A stretch of DNA of 64,000 bases from Nitrospirales bacterium (GCA_965223295.1 CBDCWC010000002.1:448001-512000); one strand, 5' to 3'; positions 31,721 through 41,998 are shown, counted from the first letter of the stretch. Translations and numbers: made by a program. Notes: a model not told the origin generated them from the sequence alone.

Positions 31721-32830
31721 TTGAAATCATGCCACAATGTTGATGTATTAGTCGTCGGAGGAGGGCCTGCGGGGTTAGCTCTTAGCCTAACCTTAGTAAA
31801 AGAGGGTTTTAGCGTCACAGTACTAGAGCGTTCGTTCTATAAAGATCTGCGTGTGGGAGAAACCGTTCCACCGGACATCAAGCCACTTCTGCGTGAATTG
31901 GGTCTTTGGCAACGGCTCAGTATGAGCAGTCATTTGCCCTATGAATCGATCTGTTCATATTGGGGATCACCTACTCCACAGATTCATGATTTTCTACTCA
32001 ATCCGTATGGCTCAGGCTGGTATCTGGATCGTAATCGTTTTGACGGAGAGTTAGCCGCAGCAGCTGAAGAGTCAGGTGCGACTATCAATCGCGGCTTTCA
32101 CCTCGAGGCGTTATATCTTGCAAATACGACTTGGGAAGTCAGTGCGTGCAGAGGTAAGCAGCAGATAAACTTCAAGGCAAAATATTTGGTTGATGCAACT
32201 GGACGAAATGCCATCGTTGCGAGACGGCTCGGTTTGAAAATCTTTTCTTATGATAAGCTCATTGGGGTTCTAGGATATTTTGCTGCCCCTGAATGGCATA
32301 CAGAGGAGTCTCTGCTTTTAGAATCAACAACAAATGGATGGTGGTATTCCACTCCATTACCAGGGAAAAAGGTTGTTGTGGGGTTTATGAGTGATACAGA
32401 TTTGCTAAACAAGGAAAGCCATGCTCATCGCTATTTTCTGAATCAAACGATGAAAAGTATCCCACATATGCAACAGAGACTTAACGGATGTCAATGGAAA
32501 ATGGGCAAGATCAAAACTGCCCATACCTCGCTTACTGAAAGACCCAAACCAGACAGTACATTTCTTGCTATAGGAGACGCCGCACTTGCCTTTGATCCTT
32601 TGTCATCACAAGGAATCATAAAGGCACTACGGTCTGGGTTCCACGGTGCTCGGGCCATCTTATCGCACCATAAGGGTAAGATTAATGCTCTGACTATGGA
32701 GTTCCAGAAAAATATCACCGAAATGAAGGAATACCTTCACCTCCGACAAGAATACTATGCCATGGAAACCCGCTGGACAAATTATCCGTTTTGGCAGCGT
32801 CGGCATGTTCTTCCTGGGATATTCTCATGA
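31721..32830 (+). CDS. LodB/GoxB-type FAD-dependent flavoprotein (CTQ maturase)
   Basis: GGGPAG, RVGETVPP, DATGR, GWWY, GDAA.AFDPLSSQGI, Y..E.RW...PFW.RR; directly downstream of lodA-like gene. Confidence 0.88.
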   Translation: MKSCHNVDVLVVGGGPAGLALSLTLVKEGFSVTVLERSFYKDLRVGETVPPDIKPLLRELGLWQRLSMSSHLPYESICSYWGSPTPQIHDFLLNPYGSGWYLDRNRFDGELAAAAEESGATINRGFHLEALYLANTTWEVSACRGKQQINFKAKYLVDATGRNAIVARRLGLKIFSYDKLIGVLGYFAAPEWHTEESLLLESTTNGWWYSTPLPGKKVVVGFMSDTDLLNKESHAHRYFLNQTMKSIPHMQQRLNGCQWKMGKIKTAHTSLTERPKPDSTFLAIGDAALAFDPLSSQGIIKALRSGFHGARAILSHHKGKINALTMEFQKNITEMKEYLHLRQEYYAMETRWTNYPFWQRRHVLPGIFS

Positions 32831-33188
32831 AGAAATTAGGGTGAACTCGATTGATCTGGTGTACCGAGTGTAACGTTGCTCAAGGACGTGGAGTTTCGAT
32901 ATACGATCGGCTTCTGCCATTATTCAAACTATATTAGAGAGATCCCAAGTATTTGAAACTTCTCTCCCCCTGAAGTCCTTCTATCCGTTAACGAGAGGAG
33001 GCAAGAAAAGAGGAGAAGTCCCACTTCGGAGTTGCTCTATTTTGTGCAATTGAGTCGTTCGTCAATCGAGTGCGTCATTATACTTTCATCTGGCAGCATT
33101 GTTTTTGTGAAAAGTCTTCGTGTTGTAATGCTAGACGATGTGCCATAGAAGATTCAGTTTATTGTTGGCAGACTTTTTCTTTGTCACT

Positions 33189-33362
33189 GGGGCTGTTGAA
33201 AAAAGCTGCCAGCAGCGTTCCCTGCCTTCGCCGCAGTGGCTACGAAGGCTGAAAGCGGCTTCGCGCAGACGAAGGGATTTTTTTGAACAAGCCCGAGGCC
33301 TCGGACATGTTAAGTCGCAGAGGCTAAATGTGGGATTAATGTCATCAGTTTTCAACAGTCCC
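33189..33362. mobile_element. MITE family A copy 2 (174 bp)
   Basis: TIRs GGGGCTGTTGAAAA / TTTTCAACAGTCCC; right arm homologous to copy 1; flanks TCACT/ACATT (no exact TSD). Confidence 0.78.
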
Positions 33363-33576
33363 ACATTGTCTACATGTTATTCAAAATAGCCCGATCGTTT
33401 GTTTTTCTGTTCCAAAGTATAAGAGATATGAAAATGGTTTGGGTCTTGTATTGACATATCAAGATTCTTACGCTGACACTTTTTGTTTTTCATTGAATTT
33501 TTAGAAAGGTGTTCACCATATTCAGCCCTCGACTATTGAAAAGAGAGAAGAGAGAGTCTGTTGTTGGGAGCTTCAC

Positions 33577-33606
33577 TTGCAAAAGATTTGCAATAAAGAC
33601 TATAAT
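33577..33606 (+). promoter_or_regulatory. Sigma70 promoter (TTGCAA-N18-TATAAT) overlapped by Fur/Zur-type palindrome TTGCAAA-AGA-TTTGCAA
   Basis: Palindrome at 33577-33593, TATAAT at 33601-33606, upstream of the Fur-family gene. Confidence 0.65.
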
Positions 33607-33642
33607 TAGCAGTTCCTTAGAATCACTTTAAAAATACTGCTT

Positions 33643-34065
33643 ATGCTAGAGCTGACAATTAGAAAAGGGTTGAGGGCCACAGGCCGGCGAATGACTCGCA
33701 CCCGAAAAGCTGTCTTAGCGCTGTTAGAGCGTACGCATCAGCCGTTGAGTGCTTCCGAGATTTATTCCCAATTACGGAAAGATCGGATTGCCATTGATCT
33801 CGTCACGGTCTATCGAACCTTGCACGTGTTAAAGGAATTAAGTTTGGTGGTCCAATTAGATGTGTTTCAGGAAGGCCAATCTCGCTATGAGTTGAAGGAA
33901 GGTCGAAAGCACCACCATCATATTCGGTGTCAAACCTGCGGACGAATGGTCGATTTGTTGTTGTGCCCGTTAAAGAAACTAACAAAGTTAATTGAAGCAC
34001 GCACACGATTTGTAGTGGATGATCATACCTTGGAATTCACAGGTTTTTGCCCTCAATGTCAATAA
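33643..34065 (+). CDS. Fur family transcriptional regulator (Zur-like)
   Basis: T..R.AVL..L, TVYRTL, HHHHIRC..CG, C-terminal GFCPQC. Confidence 0.93.
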   Translation: MLELTIRKGLRATGRRMTRTRKAVLALLERTHQPLSASEIYSQLRKDRIAIDLVTVYRTLHVLKELSLVVQLDVFQEGQSRYELKEGRKHHHHIRCQTCGRMVDLLLCPLKKLTKLIEARTRFVVDDHTLEFTGFCPQCQ

Positions 34066-34081
34066 CACAAGAAAGACAGAA

Positions 34082-34558
34082 ATGAGCACATTTGGTCCTA
34101 AACTCTCGAAGGCTGGTTCTATCGCATCTCTAATTTGTGCGATACATTGTGCGCTTACTCCATTGGCCCTGTTGGCCCTTCCAGTTATTGCGGCTCATTC
34201 CTGGGATGGTTTAGATGGGATTTTAGGCGCCTTTTGGGCTGAAAAAACGGAATGGGTTTTCTTGGCTGTTATTGCTCTCTTAGCAGGGTTTGGCTTATTG
34301 GCAACGTATCCACGTCATCGTGATATTCGTCCGACTATACTGACCATCCTTGGCCTGACTGTCTTGACGATTTCCCATTTGTGGATTGAAGCGGGGAGTG
34401 GGCAGGAAATATTCCTTGATGTGCTAGGCGCTTCTTTAATTGCATGGGCGGGTTTTTGGAATCGTCGTCTCTGCCATCATTTGGGATGCCATACTCATGA
34501 ACAGGCTCATCAACCAACCGGGACCCAAGTCGAACCACTTCCCAAACTATCTTCCTAG
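34082..34558 (+). CDS. MerC-domain membrane protein
   Basis: ASLICAIHCALTP motif, 4 TM segments, C-terminal CHHLGCHTH. Confidence 0.85.
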   Translation: MSTFGPKLSKAGSIASLICAIHCALTPLALLALPVIAAHSWDGLDGILGAFWAEKTEWVFLAVIALLAGFGLLATYPRHRDIRPTILTILGLTVLTISHLWIEAGSGQEIFLDVLGASLIAWAGFWNRRLCHHLGCHTHEQAHQPTGTQVEPLPKLSS

Positions 34559-34604
34559 TCTCGTTCTTCGATGTCCTCTCTCAACAGATAATACCTCGTT
34601 GTCC

Positions 34605-35681
34605 CTAGCCGGATACCGGTGTTTTGTGTGTTGATTTATCCAACGTTTCTGCCATTTCATCAAGAAGATGTTCTGTGTCATCCCATCCGATACAGGCATC
34701 GGTAATGGATACGCCTCTTTCGAGTGATTTGCCTGCTTCCCATTTCTGATTGCCAGACTTCAGATTGCTTTCAATCAAAAGGCCCATAATTGCGTTTTGT
34801 CCTTCGGTGAATTGGCTGACGACTGATCGAGCAACGGGGACTTGTCGAGTGTGATCTTTTTCAGAGTTGCCATGAGAACAATCAACTAAAATAGGACGAG
34901 GAATATCTTCTTTTGTCAGACTTTGAACAGCCTCGGAAATGTCTTCAGGATTATAATTCACGCGACCGCCTCCACCTCGAAGGACCAGATGACGATCGGG
35001 ATTGCCATTCGTTTTAATAATAGAAGTCAGACCGTCGGCGTTTATGCCTATAAAGCTTTGAGGATGCCGGGCGGCAATCATGGCATTGAGCGCAACCTGC
35101 AGTCCGCCGTCCGTTCCATTTTTGAGTCCGACAGGCATGGAAAGCCCGCTGGCCATTTCACGGTGCGTTTGGCTTTCGGTTGTGCGTGCCCCAATGGCTG
35201 CCCAACTAATGAGATCAGAAATATACTGCGGCGTCACCGGATCCAGAAATTCTGTGGCACAGGGCATGCCTAATTGATTAATTTGCAAAAGGATAGAACG
35301 GGCTAACTCAAAACCTTTTCCGATATCACAGGATCCATCTAGCTTTGGATCATTAATGAGGCCTTTCCAACCCACAGTGGTCCGGGGCTTTTCAAAATAT
35401 GTTCGTGCAATGATAAGAAGATGATCACAGACACGATCGTTGACACGTTTGAGCTGTTCGGCATATTGAATAGCCGCTTCCGGATCATGAATAGAACAAG
35501 GACCAATGATAACAATCAGACGGTGGGTATCATGGCCATGCAAAATATTTCGGATGGCCTGTCGGGCATGCAGGACCATTTGCCCTGTTTCTTGACTCAA
35601 GGGGAGGCGTTCCTGAATGTTTCTCGGGGCAGGAAGCGGGGCGATGTCAATAATGTTTTGGTTGTTAATACGCTCGGCCAT
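34605..35681 (-). CDS. 3-deoxy-7-phosphoheptulonate (DAHP) synthase, class I (AroF/G/H type)
   Basis: GPCSIHD, YFEKPRTTVGWKG, IGARTTESQ.HRE.ASG, DCSHGNS, SITDACIGW. Confidence 0.97.
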   Translation of the reverse strand: MAERINNQNIIDIAPLPAPRNIQERLPLSQETGQMVLHARQAIRNILHGHDTHRLIVIIGPCSIHDPEAAIQYAEQLKRVNDRVCDHLLIIARTYFEKPRTTVGWKGLINDPKLDGSCDIGKGFELARSILLQINQLGMPCATEFLDPVTPQYISDLISWAAIGARTTESQTHREMASGLSMPVGLKNGTDGGLQVALNAMIAARHPQSFIGINADGLTSIIKTNGNPDRHLVLRGGGGRVNYNPEDISEAVQSLTKEDIPRPILVDCSHGNSEKDHTRQVPVARSVVSQFTEGQNAIMGLLIESNLKSGNQKWEAGKSLERGVSITDACIGWDDTEHLLDEMAETLDKSTHKTPVSG

Positions 35682-35868
35682 GTGACACATCCTCGGTAAA
35701 GATAAAAGCTTATGATCAGTCAGGTGATCAAAATAGCTAAAAATTAGAGAAAATTGCGGGTATTGTAATCAGAAGTTTTGTAATCAGGCAACTGTAGTGT
35801 GTTTTTAGATAACTTGGTTCTATTCTATGACCTATCTATGAACAAGATTTACCGGCGTAAGGCAGGTC

Positions 35869-36528
35869 TTAAGCCGTAGTATCGACCAGATTAGCTCTCT
35901 GAGAGGTATACCATTGAAGAATGTCTTGTTTGGCAATGTCTTGGTCAGATTCAAAAATAAATTGAATGCCGATGAGCAGTTCCTTGGTGGGGTGAATCCA
36001 TTCGATACTTCCATGGAGTTTGGAATGGTGGTCGAAGCCAGGTAGTCGACAAGAAAGATAGAGATGTAAGGCCGAAACTTTTGGCCAGGCGGATGGTGCA
36101 ATGCTGAATTGACATCCAGTGGGAGAGAGGTCGCATAGCTGAACGGGAAGAACCGCGAGAATTTGGCCATTCCTGCTCAGGGGACGTACAGCTCCGGGGA
36201 GGTCAACCTGTAAGCGAGGGAAGGACCGTGGAATTTGACGAATGATATTTGGTGGCGCTTCTAAGCGAATGGCTGGAGGAAAGGTCAAGATTTCTTGAGT
36301 GACCGTTTCAAATTCAAATATTTCTCCGTCAATATATGAACGACCCTTACATGGTGTTCCCGTTGCCAGTAACTCAAGTGGTTGATCGTTGGGAATCGCA
36401 CAGAGCAATGAATTGTCAGCGCCCAAGCCGAGTAGCGTTGACCTAATTAACACATTCTCTGGGCTGGTGGAAATGGTCAGCCAAAGAATATTTGAGCCCA
36501 TGGCAGGGTAGTCAGAAGTGGTTCCCAT
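35869..36528 (-). CDS. PilZ-domain (YcgR-like) c-di-GMP-binding protein
   Basis: RSFPR (RxxxR) and DLSPTG (DxSxxG) motifs after a YcgR-N-like domain. Confidence 0.8.
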   Translation of the reverse strand: MGTTSDYPAMGSNILWLTISTSPENVLIRSTLLGLGADNSLLCAIPNDQPLELLATGTPCKGRSYIDGEIFEFETVTQEILTFPPAIRLEAPPNIIRQIPRSFPRLQVDLPGAVRPLSRNGQILAVLPVQLCDLSPTGCQFSIAPSAWPKVSALHLYLSCRLPGFDHHSKLHGSIEWIHPTKELLIGIQFIFESDQDIAKQDILQWYTSQRANLVDTTA

Positions 36529-36714
36529 CTCTCTCTTTTCGGTTGTGGACGTTCAGGCTACAGGGCTGTAGGAGGAGAGGAAAGATTGAGAAAGAATAAC
36601 GTGTAGGAATACGCAGAGATATACAGGAACGGCATAGAAAATCTAGAATGAGATCGCAATCAAGAGAGAAAAAGGGAGGGGGCTATTGGGCTTGATTTGA
36701 GGGAAGTTGAAAGA

Positions 36715-37011
36715 CTACGAAGTGGAGGGTTCTGGAGGTGTGTTAGAGAGTTCTTGAATAAGTTTGTCCGCTAAAACTTGCGAGGAAACCGAGTAGGTGC
36801 CTTCCTTAAGAGCTTGTTGAATTTTTATGATTCGTTCGGTCCGAGTGTCTGGGAGATGTGATAGGGCCTCTTGATACTGCTTGATTGTCTGTGCTGTTTG
36901 AGAAAGCAATTTGGGTTCAGATTGTTGAGAAGACGTAGAATGTGTGGTGGTATCTTGTTGTTTGATGGAGTCAGGTTGTGGTTTCTTTGATTGCATTGGA
37001 GGCTTGCTCAT
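36715..37011 (-). CDS. flgM: Anti-sigma-28 factor FlgM-like
   Basis: PDTRTERI.KIQQAL.EGTY.V....LADKL. Confidence 0.8.
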   Translation of the reverse strand: MSKPPMQSKKPQPDSIKQQDTTTHSTSSQQSEPKLLSQTAQTIKQYQEALSHLPDTRTERIIKIQQALKEGTYSVSSQVLADKLIQELSNTPPEPSTS

Positions 37012-37183
37012 AGGTACAAAAGAAAAAGGATCTATGCACAGTTATTTGATCAGAAGTATGTTCTATACTAGATCATATAAAAACCAGATCAAGGAATCAA
37101 ACGTGAGTACAGTATGTGTAGATGACGTTCAGTATGGTGTTTTAATCTGGTGTAATTTGCAACCAACTCATGAATGATGACGC

Positions 37184-38089
37184 TTGTATATGGAACATAC
37201 TGCTTCGGCTGAAATTGCGAAACTTCATGTGATTGATCCTGGAGAAATCCGACAGATTCAATTAACTTTGCCGGAGAGTATCGAGGTTAAAGGAACGCGG
37301 TATGTTCTTCGGGATACGATGCGTCCAGGAACAGCGTTCTTAGCAAAGCCCTGGGGGATGCGAACGAATAAATATCGTCGGCGCATGTATACTCGGTCGA
37401 ATTCATCGTGCCAGGAACCAGGCATACTTGAGACGTTTATTAATCATACGCATCGTGCTCAAGCTGATACCTCTATTTGGTGGCAATCTGAAGTGGCTGA
37501 TAATTGGTATGAAACAGGAAAGGGGATCGATGTTCGGTTATCTGTCGATGAGAGTCAGGGTAAAGTCAGCCTGTATGAAAATGCCAGCATGTGCAAGGAA
37601 ACGAATCTTCGTTTAGAACCTGATGGAGATTGGGAAGCACGTCGGTTTGTATGTCTAGCATTTGGGACGGGTATCACTCCGTTTCTGTCGTATATTCAAT
37701 ATATGAGAAATCAGCAATGGAATCAAAAACGAGAAGGAGCTCGTGGTCATTTGACGTTGATTGCGAGTGTGCGCCATGAAAGACAATTGATGCTTCATGA
37801 AGAATTAGTCGCAATCGCAAAAGAGTTTCCTCACTGCTTTCAATATGTGCCAGTATTAACTCGTTCTTGGCCAAGTGACTGGTCGTCTCTCACTGGCCGG
37901 GTTATTCGTACCCATGTATCGCCCTCAGGGAAAGAGTGCGTTGATCTTACTCCGTTGCTTGATTTGGTTCAGGATCTTGCACAATCTGATTTGCGTGTGT
38001 GTGGCAGCAAATCTGCCTGTACTCAATTGAGACAGGGACTAATCGAAAGGAACATTCATCCTCTATCAGTGCGAATGGAGTCGTGGTAG
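37184..38089 (+). CDS. Ferredoxin-NADP reductase-like FAD/NAD(P)-binding oxidoreductase
   Basis: RMYT (RxYS-like), AFGTGITPF, VCGS, C-terminal ESW. Confidence 0.72.
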   Translation: MYMEHTASAEIAKLHVIDPGEIRQIQLTLPESIEVKGTRYVLRDTMRPGTAFLAKPWGMRTNKYRRRMYTRSNSSCQEPGILETFINHTHRAQADTSIWWQSEVADNWYETGKGIDVRLSVDESQGKVSLYENASMCKETNLRLEPDGDWEARRFVCLAFGTGITPFLSYIQYMRNQQWNQKREGARGHLTLIASVRHERQLMLHEELVAIAKEFPHCFQYVPVLTRSWPSDWSSLTGRVIRTHVSPSGKECVDLTPLLDLVQDLAQSDLRVCGSKSACTQLRQGLIERNIHPLSVRMESW

Positions 38090-38130
38090 GTGTTAGCTGT
38101 ATGGGAATATGGGTGAGGGAAAACGGGGTC

Positions 38131-38415
38131 TTATCCTGCAGCAGATCGTTTGATTGAGTCGGGGATGGTCACATTAGGCCGTTTGAGTAGACGAATTACC
38201 GGCCGGCCTAAAAATGAATGATGGCCACAAATCAGGCAATGTAAGCTCAGTGTGACTAGTAGTTCTTGCTCTAATTGTTCGAGGTTCACGGTCCGTGATC
38301 CGCATCGTGAGCATCGAGGGTGTTTGTCGACTTGCGAAGATTTGGCATTTGTTTTCTTTGTTGCTGTCTTCCGTGGGCGTCCTCGTTTAGCCGGTTTTTG
38401 AGGGGTTTTTTTCAT
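38131..38415 (-). CDS. Small basic protein with AT-hook and C4 zinc ribbon
   Basis: KRGRPRK; CSRC...CLIC; AAGGA RBS. Confidence 0.65.
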   Translation of the reverse strand: MKKTPQKPAKRGRPRKTATKKTNAKSSQVDKHPRCSRCGSRTVNLEQLEQELLVTLSLHCLICGHHSFLGRPVIRLLKRPNVTIPDSIKRSAAG

Positions 38416-38619
38416 GTACCAATCCTTGGTCAAAATCAATGGAATGCTTTCAGTTGTAATAAACAAATCTTATGCCAAAAGCAATGTCAAAAAATGGGTA
38501 CAAAATGCATCTAAATGGCCGTAACTTCTGCTTTACTTGGTGTCAGATAGGTAAGTTTTTCCGCTATAGCTCGGTCGAAATGTTTGTGTCGATTGATGGG
38601 TAGAGATTTATAGAAGGGT

Positions 38620-39036
38620 TTATTGAACGGAAGATTTGGCCAAAATGGCTTCAGCGCGGGCTAAGAGATTAGCCGCTTCTGTTGGGCGGTTGGCTTCCTG
38701 TAACACGCGAGCGTAACGCTGGAGAATGGCGGCGATATCCGGATGGTTAGGGCCGCTCATTTCTTCTTTCAGCTCGAGGGCTCGCTGATATTGCTGGGCC
38801 GCTTTGTTGTATTCCTGACGGTCGTGGTAAAAATTGGCCAAGCTATAAACGCTACTCAAGAGAAGAGGATTTCCCTGTCCCAAGCCCTCTGCGTTTCGGA
38901 TGGTCGTCAATAATTGTTGCTCAACCGTTGAGACTTTCAGTTTCGTCTCTTGTCGATTTTGAGGCGAGGAAGGTTGTTGGGTGTGCTGTGGTGTACATGC
39001 TGTGATTAAAACGAACAGCAGGAGAAGATCTCTCAT
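38620..39036 (-). CDS. TPR-repeat lipoprotein
   Basis: Lipobox ITAC; LANFY...EY.KA...YQRALEL.E...GPNHPDIA. Confidence 0.8.
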   Translation of the reverse strand: MRDLLLLFVLITACTPQHTQQPSSPQNRQETKLKVSTVEQQLLTTIRNAEGLGQGNPLLLSSVYSLANFYHDRQEYNKAAQQYQRALELKEEMSGPNHPDIAAILQRYARVLQEANRPTEAANLLARAEAILAKSSVQ

Positions 39037-39226
39037 GCTGTCGAACCTCAGATCGATTGGCCAATACATTTTCATATGATATCACGTTTGATGGTTTAGA
39101 AAGGTGAGGAATTGCCTGTCAAGAATTCTATGAATTTCATGGGGAGTGAGGCAAGCATGAACCATATTCGCGTACGCTTGATATCGTTTAGGATAGTTTG
39201 ATTAGTCTCTTTGTGAAAGGGTTCTT

Positions 39227-40315
39227 ATGCCGGTTGTTTGGTGTTCGATTTCGGCTCATGGATTTGGGCATGCCGCACAGATCATTCCTATCCTTAATGA
39301 ATTAGGATCCGTTGTCAATGAATTGCACGTCATTCTGCGCACGTGCGTGGATCCGTCTATTTTTCAAGATTATTTACATGTGAAATGGGAATTGCAGCCT
39401 GTTCCTCAAGATGTTGGCTGTATTCAGCAAGGACCTCTGGATATCGATATTCCTGGAACGTGGACAGCTCACCAAGAATTTCACGAAAACTGGATGGAAC
39501 GAGTGACCCAAGAAGCCAAGGAGATGAATGCAGAGAAAGCCAATTTAGTGCTTTCAAATATTTCCTACTTGGCACTTGCGGGTGCAAATCTGGCTGATCT
39601 CCCGGGACTCGCGATTGCCTCGTTATCATGGGATGAAGTATTGCAACCCTTTATTCAATCATCGATAGCTGATCATCAGGCTTGCTATGAGCATATTCGA
39701 CGGGAATATGCAAAGGCCAAGCAGCTCATTCGACTGTACCCTGGTATTGAGATGCCGGGCTTTCCGTTCATGACTGAGGCCGGGCCGTCTTTTCCAGTGG
39801 TAGGACCATCCTCACGGAGTTTGAAAGAACTTCTGGGGATTAGTAATGAAGAACAGCTTGTACTCATTGCCTTTGGAGGGATTCCGTTGACGAGCCTGCC
39901 ATGGGACCAGATGGAGTCATGTGCAGGGTTTCATTTCTTAGTCGGCGGCCTTCAATTAGATCCGTCTGCTAAGCGAGTGCATAATGTCACCAATATTCAC
40001 ATGCCGTTTGCAGAAATGATGCGGCAGGCGGATGTCGTCATAGCCAAGCCAGGCTATGCGACAACTGTCACGGCTGTTCATTATGGTATTCCCTTGGTGT
40101 ATGTTCGGCGAAACAACTTTGTGGATGAGCAATCGCTGGTCAACTATGCGCACAAATTTGGCAGGGCTATTGAAATGACACGGCAGGATTTTGAGTCCGG
40201 CGCCTGGGCAGGTTGCCTTCAAAAAGTGGTCACGTTGCCCTCTCCACATGTGTCTCCTCCTCGGTCAGACTATGAAGGTGTTGTGCGTGTCTTGAGGACT
40301 TATCTTGAAACATGA
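39227..40315 (+). CDS. GT-B fold glycosyltransferase-like protein
   Basis: SAHGFGHA, AFGG, ADVVIAKPGY. Confidence 0.75.
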   Translation: MPVVWCSISAHGFGHAAQIIPILNELGSVVNELHVILRTCVDPSIFQDYLHVKWELQPVPQDVGCIQQGPLDIDIPGTWTAHQEFHENWMERVTQEAKEMNAEKANLVLSNISYLALAGANLADLPGLAIASLSWDEVLQPFIQSSIADHQACYEHIRREYAKAKQLIRLYPGIEMPGFPFMTEAGPSFPVVGPSSRSLKELLGISNEEQLVLIAFGGIPLTSLPWDQMESCAGFHFLVGGLQLDPSAKRVHNVTNIHMPFAEMMRQADVVIAKPGYATTVTAVHYGIPLVYVRRNNFVDEQSLVNYAHKFGRAIEMTRQDFESGAWAGCLQKVVTLPSPHVSPPRSDYEGVVRVLRTYLET

Positions 40316-40339
40316 GTCAACAATCGGAGGAGACTGTTG

Positions 40340-40855
40340 TTACGTGCTCTCTGGAATAGATAATGGATACAGTGTGACGGATAAGGCTTCAAGAATGTTT
40401 GAAATTTGGAAACCATTCCGGGTTTCTTCTTTCAAAAATGTGCCAATGACCTCAACAGAATGATTAACGATAATGGGTAGAGCACCTTGTGTGCGATCAT
40501 GGCGGCCAAACACGACAATTGAATCGTTTCCTTCAGTAAGCCGAAAGACAAAATCAACATAGAGTTCTGTTTCATCTAAATGAAGTTCTGGTTGGATGAC
40601 GCGGCCTTGTACTGAAACGAGTTGCTGATCGTAGTCTTGGCTATTGGCAATCAGTTCAGTGATAGAAACTTGCTGAGGTGACGTGATAAATCTCAAAAGG
40701 TCTCGCGTATGATAGTCGATCCCAGGAGCCCCATAGGGCAGATTGATAGTGATTGAAGGAAAAGACAAGAAGAAGGGTCCATTACTCAGGTATCCATTGG
40801 ACGAGAGAAATACCGTCATGAGGCTAGTTAGCAGGTAACGGAAGAAAACGCTCAT
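40340..40855 (-). CDS. Exported OB-fold-like hypothetical protein
   Basis: I.EL.AN...YD.QLV.V.G.V, F.L..G...I.V, VEV.G.F pattern. Confidence 0.55.
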   Translation of the reverse strand: MSVFFRYLLTSLMTVFLSSNGYLSNGPFFLSFPSITINLPYGAPGIDYHTRDLLRFITSPQQVSITELIANSQDYDQQLVSVQGRVIQPELHLDETELYVDFVFRLTEGNDSIVVFGRHDRTQGALPIIVNHSVEVIGTFLKEETRNGFQISNILEALSVTLYPLSIPEST

Positions 40856-40973
40856 AAAGTGATGTTGTTCTGTCTATGCTAGAACAGGGGGATCGTAGGA
40901 ACATGGAAGCATTGACGATGCTGATTCATGCGATGACCTTATGATGTCAGTATTTTAGTAAGAGAATCGTAAA

Positions 40974-41636
40974 ATGCCTGCTCTAAATTATTATGCGGTT
41001 CTTGAAGTGTCTCTTCAAGCGTCGCAGGAGGAAATCAAAAAGGCTTATCGAAAGCTTGCCCTCCAATACCATCCTGATCGGAATCGGGGAGATCGTCAAG
41101 CTGAATTGAAGATTAGGGAAATCAATGCTGCGTATGAAATTCTAGGTGATCCCGGTGCTCGAAAAACGTATGATCGGTTACGGATGGGCCATGTGGAGCC
41201 GATGGAGTTCCGTCGGGAGGAGCCGGAAGAGTCCATCTCCCCGGCAGTGGTTATTCAACGCATGGAAGGGACACTCTCAGAGGAGTCTCGTAAGCAATTA
41301 TTTAAGGTTATGATGCAGAATACAAGAAGAATCAAGGAGGAGTTGAGCCGGATTCGGGAGCGGGTCGTTCAAGTACAAGGCTACGATACGTTCTTAGAAA
41401 AAGTTGTTCATCAATGCGGAGAAGAAGGTCTGAGGGATTGGGTGACAGATGAACTCTGGCAGCTTCGTGATCGCCTTGTGGATATTGCTGTCGAAATGGT
41501 GTGCTCAGAGGTCCCTGGCTCATTTCAAGGGGCTGAGGCAATTGCTCAGGTAAGACGAACCTTACAGCAGGCCTATCATGAAGGATGGATACAAGGGTAT
41601 GCTCAAGCTTGTGAATTGTTGTATGAACGTCGATGA
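40974..41636 (+). CDS. DnaJ-domain protein
   Basis: NYYAVLEV...[22 protein letters not shown]. Confidence 0.9.
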   Translation: MPALNYYAVLEVSLQASQEEIKKAYRKLALQYHPDRNRGDRQAELKIREINAAYEILGDPGARKTYDRLRMGHVEPMEFRREEPEESISPAVVIQRMEGTLSEESRKQLFKVMMQNTRRIKEELSRIRERVVQVQGYDTFLEKVVHQCGEEGLRDWVTDELWQLRDRLVDIAVEMVCSEVPGSFQGAEAIAQVRRTLQQAYHEGWIQGYAQACELLYERR

Positions 41637-41703
41637 GCGTTTGTGCATATTCTGATAAGCAGAAGAAATCAGCACGTATATTTTCTCAAGAAGAAGGGTT
41701 TGT

Positions 41704-41730
41704 AGAGGCACCTTTGAATGAGGTGCCCCT
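41704..41730 (-). terminator. Hairpin downstream of the 41738-41998 gene
   Basis: GGCACCT-ttgaatg-AGGTGCC stem between convergent genes. Confidence 0.45.
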
Positions 41731-41737
41731 GAGAGCC

Positions 41738-41998
41738 CTATTTATCAAGTGGAGATGGTGATTGTTGGAATGATTTGTCTGGTTGGTTTTGAGAGTTAGA
41801 CGTTGAAAGGGTCTGAGCTTCTTTGGACAAAGTGACCTGATCTTGAACAGGAGAAGGGGCCGTGAGACTCGGTTTTTCCTTGCTTTTGTCAGGGCCATTT
41901 TGAATCGCTTTGGTTTCTTCGAGAGCTTTCCGGTCATGGACGCTAGCTGACAAGGCTTGTGATGATGCTTGTAGAGTTTCGACGCCTCCTAAGGTCAT
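41738..41998 (-). CDS. Small low-complexity protein, probable sigma-28 regulon member
   Basis: AGGAG RBS; DQVTLSKEA motif like FlgM N-region; upstream GCCGATAA. Confidence 0.65.
   Translation of the reverse strand: MTLGGVETLQASSQALSASVHDRKALEETKAIQNGPDKSKEKPSLTAPSPVQDQVTLSKEAQTLSTSNSQNQPDKSFQQSPSPLDK

Noticed and set aside
34082-34558. Mercury resistance operon
   Set aside because: No merA, merR, merT or merP present
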